Part shown: positions 44,128-54,288 of the stretch, piece after piece
Layout of the letters: each line of letters begins with the position of its first letter
How positions within the stretch are numbered: position 1 is the stretch's first letter
Assembly: GCA_965206695.1 (NCBI GenBank)
Contig: CBDBKM010000001.1
Coordinates: forward strand, 32,001 to 96,000
DNA: 64,000 bases
Direction: 5' to 3'
DNA from: Chlamydiales bacterium
GTDB lineage: Bacteria; Chlamydiota; Chlamydiia; Chlamydiales; JAAZZY01
The notes under the pieces: model-generated
What the model was told of the DNA's origin: nothing
Database searches by the model: none
What the model saw: only the letters and a program-made list of their open reading frames with translations
Program-made: the position numbers and the translations under genes

Positions 44128-44175
44128 GACAATTAAGCGAGAAAACCCTTTTCTTTAGCATTGGGATGAAAGCGT
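44128..44175 (+). mobile_element. Solo IS605 left end
   Basis: GACAATTAAGCGAGAAAACCC...GATGAAAGC is a near-identical reverse complement of 26001-26048 and is also preceded by TATTTAT. Confidence 0.8.
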
Positions 44176-44376
44176 CTATTTGTTGCACTTCGATGTTGAA
44201 AGGGTGTTTAATGCCTGTATTTGGCATCTTTGTTCATAGGTTAAATACCGGTAGCCTTTAGGCATAAAAAATCCCTCCATAGTCTTTTTTTTGCAAAAAT
44301 TTACTATAGAGATTTTACCGGCATTTGGCCATTTTCAAATTTCTCCTATTTGTCGCACTTCAGTGTTGAAAGGGCG
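44176..44376 (-). mobile_element. IS30-family remnant: two direct IR copies and a transposase 5' stub
   Basis: 31-bp repeats 44176-44206 and 44346-44376 (27/31 identical); GGAGG then MPKGYRYLTYEQRCQI at 44265, typical of IS30 N-termini. Confidence 0.7.
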
Positions 44377-44492
44377 AAAAGCGGAAATTTTTATTTTATT
44401 ACTACACAAAAACTGTTTTATATTATAATAAATTCACTTGTTTAGTTATACCATTTGTTAAATTATGAACTAAAATTAACTGAGATTCAGAT

Positions 44493-45495
44493 ATGTCAAA
44501 AGAAGATTATCTCTATGGAAAGCCCGAATATCCGAATCCGGGTAATACCCTTAACAACCAATTGATGTTGGGGGCCGGTGCTATTTTAACCCCAATTATG
44601 GGGTATAAAACTCTTAAGTCGGGTACACAAGGCCTCTTTGGAACCAATACTCTAGCGGAACGATATCAATATTTACAACAGGTTTGGGAAGGTGATGATA
44701 GTGGAATTTATGGACGTTGCACTAATCTCGCTCAATCTATTTTCGGTTCTACAGATTTCAGTGATCGAGCACATCATTTATTAACCGCAGGAATCTATGG
44801 AATAATAACAGCTGCTACGGGATACACAACTTATTATGCATATAATCAAATTAATGACAATATCCGCAATCCCATGGAATATAAAAATCCGGAGCTAAAA
44901 AGACAATTTGATCGCGACTACGAAACCTGTAAAGCCTATGTCCTAAACAAGGAAGTATTAGCCAATAATTTTGAATCGTTAAAGAAACAAGTCGATAAAG
45001 CAAACCGCGAATACATACATATTAAAAATAACTGTTCGAGTGAATTGGATTGTCCTGCCTTAAGTACGCCTACAGATGAATTAATCAAAGCCAAAAATGC
45101 TTGGGAAACAGCTGGCAATGACTTTAAAGCAGCTCAGCGCTCTTGTAGAAACGGCTTCAATAAAATGGGTGATGCTTTCGAGCAAACAGGTCAAAATGCT
45201 GATATGAATGGGTATTTGTATTGCAATAACAACCCTACAGATAGTAATTGTCAAAAGCGGCAATTCGCACTAGATCAAGCGCAGCAATTTCACAACTCTA
45301 CGATCAACTCCTGCTATTCTGTCTCTAATCGTTATGAATATCCTAATTCCCTTATGGCGTTGCCATAAGGGAATAGGTGAGCTTTTTGAATCTCCGTATG
45401 ACTCTAATGGATTGTTAAAGGACCCTCACTTTTTTGATTCACCTTTTAGTAGCCGTTGTTCTTATTCAAATCCGGCCCCCCTCCTATGGTTACTA
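44493..45495 (+). pseudogene. 5' part of a Cys-rich orphan gene (candidate effector) interrupted by IS630
   Basis: 291-aa ORF plus frameshifted continuation 45334-45495; joins 48214 once the IS630 is removed. Confidence 0.6.
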
Positions 45496-48213
45496 TATAG
45501 TCATTTAATTTTACATTGATAAGATTGCTTGATCAATGGCGAATGTAAAATTCGTAACTTTTCGTAATATCTCTCTAACTTTATTTTTCATATTAGCCCA
45601 ATATTTTTCTATAGGATTTAAGTCCGGAGAATATGGAGGAAGAAACATAAGCTTACAACCGGCAGATTCTACTGTTTTCCTGCTTTCCGCTGACTTGTGA
45701 AAACCGGCATTGTCAAGAATAAGAACACTACCGGGTGTAAGCTGAGGAGTCAAAACTTCCTTAAGCCAAATATTGAATAACCCGGTATTACAAGTACCTT
45801 CAAAACACATTGGAGATAAAAACTGCCCTTTAGATAGGGCTGAAATAATATTTTGCGCCTTATAAAGCGGTTTCCTGAAACCGCTCCAAAAACTTTTTTG
45901 CCGCGTAAGCTTCTTCCGGACTCACGAAATAAAAATTGATGAATCCCGGTTTCATCGAGATAAATTCTCTTGTCAAAGGGAATATTTTTTAAATCTTTCA
46001 TAAAAGCTTCCCGTTTCTTTTCATCTCTTTCCTTATAGCGAGTAGTTTTTTTTTTCGTGTAATTTTTAATCTTTTAAGGGCATAAAAAATCGTTTTGCGG
46101 AGTGACTGAAAAATAATCAGCAATTTCCGATAAAAAATAATCCGGATGTTTTTCTACATATTTAGATAACAACTCATCATCTAATTTCTTATAAGCATAT
46201 TTTCTGCGGATTGGCTTTAAATGTCCTTTTTGCTTTTTTTGCAAGATCCATCGATATATTGTTGCGATACCTACTTGAAAAATATGGCCGGCTGTTTTTT
46301 TATCCGACATTCCTAGACCGTAAGATATTTTTTTTGAATTAGAATTATAGATTGCCTATCCTGTTACTTTTTATTTGATACAAGGAGAAAAGTTATGCCG
46401 GAAGTTGCAGGAGATAATATTCAAACAGTGAACATGGATCACCATGGATTAATTGCAGCACTTTGCAGCGATCTAAAAGTAGCGGAAAGGATTGATACCG
46501 GATTAAAAAATCATCCACAAAGAAAAGTAAGTGCGGGACAGGCAGTAATTGCAATGATTCTGAATGGATTAGGGTTTACTAATAGACGTCTCTACCTAAC
46601 ACATCAATTTTTTGCTTCTAAATCGATAGAGAATTTACTTGGCAACGATCTTCGAGCAGAAGATCTCACAGATTATACTTTAGGTCATGCTTTGGATGAT
46701 ATTGCGAAATATGGGAGCAGTAAATTATTTGCTGAAGTTTCTTTTGGAATAGCCCTAGACCATGATTTACTACAAAAAACTCATCATCTAGATACAACAA
46801 GCTTTTCCGTTCATGGGTCGTATGAAGTGAAAGATGATCCGCAAGTGATTGAGATTAAGCAGGGTTATTCTAAAGATCATAGACCTGATTTGCAACAAGT
46901 TGTACTTTCTCTCGTTACCAATGGTCCGAGTTCTATGCCTCTATGGATGGAAGCCTTAGACGGCAATAGTTCTGATAAAGCAAGTTTTCATGAGACGATC
47001 AAAAAAATCAGTGAATTTCAACAACAGATTGATGTAAAAACAAAGTTTAAGTGGGTTGCCGATTCAGCGTTATACACAAAAGAAAAGCTCTTAAAAAATA
47101 ATGATTATAAATGGCTCACCCGAGTTCCCGAGATAATAGGAGAAGCAAAAAGATTAGTAGAAAAACCGGAAGAAGAAATTGATTGGATTGATCAGGAGAA
47201 AGGATATAAAACATGCAGCTTCACCTCTTTTTATGGAGGGATTAAACAAAGATGGCTTTTGGTTTTTTCAGAGCAAGCCTATCAGAGAGAGATAAAATCA
47301 TTAGAAAAAAAATTGACCAAGGCAGAAGAAAAGCTCAAGAAACAACTTTGGCATTTGGGTAATGAGGAATTTAAATGCGAAAGTGATGCTAAAAAAGCTT
47401 GGGGCAGATTGACTAAAAAAAATCATTTATATTCCATGAATAGTGAGATATTGCCGATTCTAAAATATGGTAAATTAGGCAAACCTAAACAAGGAGAGGA
47501 AAAACAAGTTGTTGGATACAAGATTCATGCTAGCTTTGAAAGGGAAGAAGAAGAAATTAATAAACTGATGAATAGAAAAGGACGGTTTTATTTTAGCTGG
47601 CGAATGACACCGATAGAGAAAATTATAAAGATGAGATGATGTTAGAAGAATATAAAGAACAGCAAAAGGTTGAAGGAGGGTTTCGCTTTTTAAAAGATCC
47701 TTGGTTTATGGTTGATTCTATTTTTTTAAAAACCCCTCGACGCATTGAAGCATTAATGATGGTTATGACATTGTGTTTAATGGTTTATAATATCGGACAA
47801 TATCAACTTCGACAAAAATTGATAGAAACAGAAGAGACATTACCCAACCAATTAGGAAAGGAAGTCAAAAATCCAACATTAAGATGGATTTTCCAAATTA
47901 TGGAAGGTATCGGAATAATCCGTTTTTTTCAGAAGACTTCCCGGAGAATTTGTAAAGAAATGATCACAAATTTAACCCGTCTTCGGAAAAAGATTATTGT
48001 TTTGTTTGGAAAGACTGCAATGAGGATGTATGGCTTAATTAGAAAAACTTGTTTAGAGGTCTAGGAATGTCGGTTTTATCATGATGTTTTTCTATATGTT
48101 GTAATACTTTCTCTCGAAGATCTACTGAATAGGCTCTAGGCATTGTTTTGTCCTTACTGTTTGTATAAAAAAAGAAGGATAACATATTATCAAATAAAAA
48201 TTAAAATACTATA
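45496..48213 (-). mobile_element. IS630-family element, copy 2, carrying a nested IS1634
   Basis: Nearly identical to 941-1879; IRs TATAGTCATTTAATTT / AAATTAAAATACTATA. Confidence 0.95.
46304..48073 (+). mobile_element. IS1634-family element (transposase 46395-48064, frameshifted near 47590)
   Basis: Perfect 16-bp IR CCGACATTCCTAGACC; 6-bp TSD TTTTAT; HLDTTS, GYSKDHRPDL, VADSALY, VEGGFRFLK. Confidence 0.93.
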
Positions 48214-48687
48214 CAAAGGACTAAAGGCATATGTGATGATAATACCAATCCAAATACAGTATCGATATTTGAAATAGATACTCCCAAGTGGGTTTCAGAA
48301 GCTAAGAGAATTTTAGATTTAATGGGATTGGGATTGGATAAAACAATCCCTAAAATAGAATATGCCGATACAAAAAATGGTTTTAATGCGGTTAAAAACC
48401 TAAAAGATAGAGGTTTAGATCCGAGCATAAAGTGTTCTAACGGCCTAAAATTTATAAAACAGATCTTCAATTTATCTTCTTCTCCCACTAAGGGAGAAGA
48501 AAGATCAGCTTATCAAGAACTGATGAAGATGCTTCATCCCGATAAAGTTTCCAATGACGTAACTAATAACCGGCTAACAAAAATGAAAGGTGGAGGCGAG
48601 GGATACGAAGTAAATGGTGATATTGCTGCAGAAGCCTTTCGAGTTGCCTCATTAGCCCATCAAGCATTTAAACAGTTTATTAACTAA
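48214..48687 (+). pseudogene. 3' part of the interrupted orphan gene, with a J-domain-like C-terminus
   Basis: Open frame from the IS630 edge; AYQELMKMLHPDK...AAEAFRVASLAH. Confidence 0.6.
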
Positions 48688-48723
48688 ATGATGCGATATA
48701 ACAATAGGAATATCTGATTAATA

Positions 48724-50093
48724 ACCTGAGGTTTGGTTTTAATCCTTAGTATTTCATGAAGTTAGAAATTTTTTAATACAAAAAGACCTTTTGTTTTTGT
48801 AGAATATTTTGATAAAAAAGATAAACACCAACAAAAGGTCTAACAATGAAAGATTTAACTGCTCTATATTGCTCTATCGATGATTTTTGGAAAGTTTTCA
48901 AAAAAGACCGGGTGAAACACCTTATTGAAAATAAACAAAATAAACGAGGACCGGCACCTCTATTGTCAGTACCGGAAATGATGACGATTATAGTTATGTT
49001 TCAGCAATCTAACTTTCAAACCTTTTTATTCTTATATTCACCAATATTATTACCGTGAATTTCCCAAATTAATCAGTTATTCAAGATTTATTCAATAGAC
49101 TTCTTTCGAAACTAATTTTTTGATAATAATGTTCTTGTTAAAATAAGTGAGGATAACATGAAGTTTGAAACAGTTAAAAGTTTAGACGACGAAAAATTTC
49201 GTCGGCTAACGGGCATTAAGAAAGCTACATTTGATAGGATGCAGTTGATTTTAGAAGAATCGAACAAACTCAAAAAAGTTAAAGGTGGTAGGAAGAACAA
49301 ACTAAGCATAAAGGATATGCTGCTTATGACTCCGGAATATATCCGAGAATACGGGACTTATTTCCATGTGAGTCAAAGTTACGGTGTTAGTGAGAGTACT
49401 GCCTATAAAACTGTAAGGTGGGTCGAGGATACATTAATCAAGCACCCTGATTTCTTTTTGCCCGGACGCAAAGCTCTTCTAAAGAGCGATGTTGAATATG
49501 ACGTTATTTTAATCGATGCAACAGAAACGCGTATTGAAAGGCCAAAAAAAAACAGAAGTATTTTTACTCAGGAAAAAAGAAAAAATATACGCTAAAAACT
49601 CAGATTGTTGTGAACAAGAAGACGCAATAAGTAATCTGTACGGCATTCTCGAATGGCAAGCTACATGATTTCAGATTATTCAAAGAGTCAAAAATACAAA
49701 TCCGTCCGGAAATAAATGTGTTGACTGATACCGGATATCAAGGTCTACAAGATATTCACTCTAAGATCCAAATGCCAAAGAAAAAAAGTAAAAAGAAGCC
49801 ATTGACTAAAGATGATAAGAAACGCAATCGACAGCTTTCCAAAGAACGAGTTCTCAATGAACATATCATTGCCCGTTTAAAGCGATTCAAGATTATAACT
49901 GATCGTTACGGAAATAAGCGTAAAAGGTTTGCTCTTCGTTTTAATCTAATTGCCGGCATTTACAATTTGGAGGTGGCACAATGAGTTTCGAAAGAAGTCT
50001 AATGTATGAAAAATATATTTCTTCCTCTATACGCTTATATGTGGAGCCTTCAAGGTAATATCACAGGCATCGCTTGCATCGATGCAACTTCAC
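48724..50093 (+). mobile_element. IS982-family 5' remnant interrupted by IS5 and IS630
   Basis: LTALYCSIDDFW, EMMTII, ISYSRFIQ|CMK...GIACIDATS once the IS5 is removed. Confidence 0.85.
49097..50000 (+). mobile_element. IS5-family (ISL2-group-like) element, defective
   Basis: 17-bp IR AGACTTCTTTCGAAACT; 3-bp TSD AAT; FRRLTG, IDATE, A-run frameshift, TDTGYQG; internal stop. Confidence 0.9.
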
Positions 50094-50820
50094 TATAGTG
50101 CTTTAATTTTTATTTGATAATATGTTATCCTTCTCTTTTTATACGGATAGTAAGGATAAAACAATGCCTAAAGCCTATTCAGTAGATCTTCGAGAGAAAG
50201 TATTACAATATATAGAAAAGCATCATGACAAGAAGGCGGCCGGCCATATTTTTCAAGTAGGTATCGCAACAGTATATCGATGGGTATTGCAAAAAAAACA
50301 AAAAGGACATTTAAAACCAATCCGTAGAAAGTATGCTTATAAGAAATTAGATGATGAGTTGTTATCTCAATATGTAGAAAAACATCCCGATTATTTTTTA
50401 TCGGAAATTGCTAATTATTTTTCAGTCACTCCGTAAACGATTTTTTATGCCCTTAAAAGATTAAAGATTACACGAAACAAAAAACGACTCGCTATAAGGA
50501 AAGAGATGAAAAGAAACAGGAAGCTTTTATGAAAGATTTAGAAAATATTCCCTTTGACAAGAGGATGTATCTCGATGAAACCGGGATTCATCAATTTTTA
50601 GTTGCGTGAGCCCGGAAGCAGCTTACGCGGCAAAAAAGTTTTTGGAGCGGTTTCAGGAACCCGTTTTATAAGGCAAAATATTATTTTAGCCTTGTCTAAA
50701 GGGCAGTTTTTGTCTCCAATGTGTTTTGAAAGTACTTGTGATACCGGGTTATTCAATATTTGGCTTAAGGAGGTTTTGACTCCTCACCTTACACCCGGTA
50801 GCACTCTTATTCTTGACAAT
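50094..50820 (+). mobile_element. IS630-family copy 3, diverged and 3'-truncated
   Basis: IR TATAGTGCTTTAATTT; MPKAYSVDLREK...ILDN, with stops and frameshifts. Confidence 0.9.
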
Positions 50821-51026
50821 AAGGCTCTAACTAAAGCAAATACAGAAAAATAATAGACAATTATCAAGGGAACGTGTTTTGAATAAAAATATGATAGGAG
50901 TGATCAAATGCTTTAAAATCATTGCCGATCGTTATCGAAATAGACGAAAAAGATTTGCATTGCGATTCAATCTTATTGCGGGAATCTATTATTTGGAACT
51001 CATATGATGCATTTCGAAAGAAGTCT
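50821..51026 (+). mobile_element. 3' fragment of a second ISL2-like IS5
   Basis: NRQLSRERVL...RFALRFNLIAGIY and IR TTTCGAAAGAAGTCT. Confidence 0.85.
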
Positions 51027-51096
51027 AATATAGTGCCATTGATTTCTTTTATCAACGAAATGTTTTATTAATATCAAAGATAATAACTTCAGAAAA

Positions 51097-51852
51097 TTAA
51101 CTATTTAAAACAGCACGTACATGTTCGCAATTTTTCTCACCACAAGTACATCCGATAGGTTCTCCAAGAAACACTCTATATTGTTCTTTTTTATCTAAGG
51201 GGTTAATAACCATATAGATTTGCTTGTCATTTTGAATAATGTCCCAGTTTCTAAAACGCAAATCATCATCTGTAACAATATCTTCTTTGGCAACCTTTGA
51301 TTCTTCGACTTCTTCTCTTTCTGTGCTTTGTATAATCGCACGTGCAATTTGGCAATGGATACAATTACAGTGAGGCTCAGGATTGGGCACATTCATGACT
51401 TCATCGGTTCCTAAGATCTTTGCTACAGCACCAATTTTTTCCAATATTTCTTTTGGAAGGTCCGGAGTACCGGCTTGATCAGGATTATGTTGCATCGCTG
51501 AACCTAACCCCTCTAATGAACCTGCGAACTTCATAGGAAAACCAAATGCCGGTATATTATTGGCGTTATTAAGGAGATTACCTTGCGACGATACTTCAGA
51601 ACTTTCAGATTTTTGCTTGGGTTGGTCATGGGTACTTAAAAAAGAAGCATGTGCTTGAAACACTTTATCAATTAATGATTGATCAAGATTCGGTATTCGA
51701 ATGGGATTTCCTTGCTTGAGACTTATAATAAGTACTCTGTCTGAAGTTTCATCATCGATATAAAGAGCACTAACGTTTTCCCAGCTAGTTGAAATATAAG
51801 GAGGCATACTAAGAATTTTTTCATTGATATTATAGTTCATTGATAACCTCAA
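51097..51852 (-). CDS. Chlamydial conserved protein, CT016-like (Cys/His metal-binding)
   Basis: PPYISTSW, EPHCNCIHCQI, CTCG..CEH (SWIM-like); synteny with phoH and CT017. Confidence 0.75.
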   Translation of the reverse strand: MRLSMNYNINEKILSMPPYISTSWENVSALYIDDETSDRVLIISLKQGNPIRIPNLDQSLIDKVFQAHASFLSTHDQPKQKSESSEVSSQGNLLNNANNIPAFGFPMKFAGSLEGLGSAMQHNPDQAGTPDLPKEILEKIGAVAKILGTDEVMNVPNPEPHCNCIHCQIARAIIQSTEREEVEESKVAKEDIVTDDDLRFRNWDIIQNDKQIYMVINPLDKKEQYRVFLGEPIGCTCGEKNCEHVRAVLNS

Positions 51853-52202
51853 CTTTATATTATAAGCGTTAAAATAACCGAATTCTCAGATCCATTAGAA
51901 GCTTTTCTTAAAACCAAAAGATTGAGCAGTTTTATCCTTAATTATCATAACATATTATGCCATTTTATGAATAAAAGTGCAATATTTTTAGCAGTCCAAT
52001 AGTTCGTTTGCTTGATTTATGTGGTATATAACTTGCTATAAGTAAGATGTGGATTAAAAAATAAACTTTTTTTGACTTTAAAAAGTACTAAATTGAATAT
52101 TTTTAAAAGGTTTTTGTCTCGTTCTTGCCTAAAAAATCAAACCTGTGCAATACGTGCAATTTTTAATAATCTTTTGTCGCATACCTAATCATAGGAGTCA
52201 TA

Positions 52203-53513
52203 ATGCGTAAAACCTTAGTAATAGATACAAATGTTCTGCTATATGATACGAATGCTTTAACAACTTTTGATAATAGTGAGGTGATCGTCCCTTTAGCCGT
52301 ATTGGAAGAATTGGATGCCATGAAGCGGTTTCATAATGATTTAGGAAAAAATGCTCGCCTTGTCATGCGAAGTTTCGATTCGCTTCGTGGAAAAGGAAAG
52401 AACGAACTGCATAAAGGTATTCAAAACAAAAAGGGTTCTTTAATTCGTATCGATCTTAATCAAATCTCCCATTCCGATAATGCATTTCCACTCAGAATGA
52501 CAGGCATGAAAAACCAAGTCTTGATGGCGGCCTATCATTTATCTAAACAGAAAGACAACGTTGTATTTGTTTCAAAAGACTTTGCAAGTCGAGTAAAAGC
52601 AGAAGCTTTAGGAGTTCAAACAGCGGACTACAATAGGTTTAAAGTGTCCTATCAGGATATTTTTTATAGTAAAATTCATGAAAGGGAAGTTGATAAAAAA
52701 ATTATCGACCGGTTCCTGACTCAAGGAAAAGTTAAAATGGACTCTGATCGGTTTCGGGCAAACGAATTTTGCTCGTTAAAATCTTCTGAAAAATCTCAAT
52801 TAATGGGCAGATATGATAAAGATAGTAAATGTTTAGTAGCGCTTCAACCATTACCCGAAGATTTATGGGGAACAAGACCTCGAAACATACAACAAAGATG
52901 TGCTTTAGAACTATTGTTAAGCGATGATATCAAATTAGTGACATTGGTTGGTCAGGCCGGAACAGGTAAAACTCTTTTAGCCCTAGCTTGTGCGCTTCGA
53001 AAAGTCTTTGATTTGGGAACCTATAACAAAATATTAGTGAGCCGACCCATTGTTCCTTTAGGAAAAGATATTGGATATTTACCGGGTCTTAAAGAGGAAA
53101 AGTTATATCACTGGATGCAACCTATCTATGATAACTTAGAATTTTTATGTCATTCTTCTAGTGAAGACATGACCGGCGAGAGCCTGCGTTGGATAACAGA
53201 AAGTAAAAAACTTGAGATGGAAGCGGTCACATACATTCGCGGTAGATCTCTACCCAGTATGTTTATCATTGTAGATGAAGCCCAAAATTTAACACCACAT
53301 GAAGTTAAAACCATTATTTCCAGAGCCGGAGAAGGGACGAAGGTTGTATTAACCGGCGACCCTACTCAAATTGATAACCCCTATTTAGATGAGGATTCTA
53401 ATGGATTAACCTTTGCTGTGGGGCGATTTGCTGATCATACCATCCATGGTCATATGCTCTTAGATAAAACAGAAAGATCTGAATTAGCCTCTATTGCTGC
53501 GAGTGTTTTATAG
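52203..53513 (+). CDS. PIN-PhoH family protein (PhoH2, CT015-like)
   Basis: VIDTNVLL PIN domain; GQAGTGKT, IRGRS, DEAQN, GDPTQID. Confidence 0.92.
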   Translation: MRKTLVIDTNVLLYDTNALTTFDNSEVIVPLAVLEELDAMKRFHNDLGKNARLVMRSFDSLRGKGKNELHKGIQNKKGSLIRIDLNQISHSDNAFPLRMTGMKNQVLMAAYHLSKQKDNVVFVSKDFASRVKAEALGVQTADYNRFKVSYQDIFYSKIHEREVDKKIIDRFLTQGKVKMDSDRFRANEFCSLKSSEKSQLMGRYDKDSKCLVALQPLPEDLWGTRPRNIQQRCALELLLSDDIKLVTLVGQAGTGKTLLALACALRKVFDLGTYNKILVSRPIVPLGKDIGYLPGLKEEKLYHWMQPIYDNLEFLCHSSSEDMTGESLRWITESKKLEMEAVTYIRGRSLPSMFIIVDEAQNLTPHEVKTIISRAGEGTKVVLTGDPTQIDNPYLDEDSNGLTFAVGRFADHTIHGHMLLDKTERSELASIAASVL

Positions 53514-53560
53514 TAAAGGATTTAGTTGAAATTTGAATATCGATGGAAAATTAATAACGA

Positions 53561-53598
53561 ATATGTTACATTTAAATTAACATATATGTTACATTTAA
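53561..53598 (+). repeat. 15-bp direct repeat in the ssrA promoter region
   Basis: ATATGTTACATTTAA at 53561 and 53584. Confidence 0.8.
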
Positions 53599-53617
53599 TT
53601 GTCGTAATAACCTTTTT

Positions 53618-54035
53618 GGGGGTGTAATGGTTTCGACTGGGAAATAAAGTATTGATTGCATGCGGAGGACGTCAGTTGGCCTCCTAAAAATATCTGGCAA
53701 AAACATAATTGCTATCACAAACAGAAAGCAAAAAGTAATTCATGATATTGACTTCGGTGGAGATCTTGAATTAGCAATGGCTGCGTAAAACCTAACAGTT
53801 TTACCGGCCCGGTAGCCTGAGATTGGACCAGGGATTTGAGAACTACCGTAATGATCTTGGTAAGGGTTGTATTTCCGACTGTTTCCAGGAAGATAATCCG
53901 AGATAAAAGAAGCAGATTGATTCCAAGTGTTCGCATTCTGCAGCAGGATCGATCTTAAAACAATTTAGAATGCTAAGCATGTAGATATTAATATGGAGTT
54001 TGCTTAGGACGAGAGTTCGATTCTCTCCACCTCCA
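53618..54035 (+). ncRNA. ssrA: tmRNA
   Basis: GGGGGTGTAATGGTTTCGAC 5' end; GAGAGTTCGATTCTCTCCACCTCCA 3' end; tag frame 53711-53788 ending AMAA*. Confidence 0.97.
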
Positions 54036-54045
54036 TCGTTCTTGA

Positions 54046-54068
54046 AAACAGAAAAATCATTTCTGTTT
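54046..54068 (+). terminator. Hairpin after ssrA
   Basis: AAACAGAAA-AATCA-TTTCTGTTT. Confidence 0.5.
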
Positions 54069-54148
54069 AATTCCGCTATGAGGAGATTAAAATTATAATT
54101 TACTTGTATTGAGTAAATTGCAGCTTAGTATTTATTATGAATATGTTC

Positions 54149-54247
54149 TTATGTATTTAACCGTGTGTTAGTAATATATGGTTATATCATTAACCGTGTA
54201 TTAATAATGAATGATTATATATTTAACCTTGTGTTGACAATACATGG
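54149..54247 (+). repeat. 3 x 33-bp tandem repeat with palindromic core, overlapping the ATPase promoter
   Basis: Units start at 54149, 54182 and 54215; core TTAACCgTGTgTT; TTGACA (54234) lies inside unit 3, TGnTATACT at 54253-54261. Confidence 0.85.
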
Positions 54248-54288
54248 ATTTATGATATACTGGATATAAAAGCGGGAAAAGAAGAAAA

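Noticed and set aside
44176..44376. Two 31-bp repeats containing GTTGAAAG resembling a mini CRISPR array
   Set aside because: The 170-bp period is too long, there are no cas genes, and the interval encodes an IS30 transposase N-terminus, so these are IS30 ends
54149..54247. 33-bp array as a CRISPR array
   Set aside because: Units are contiguous with no unique spacers
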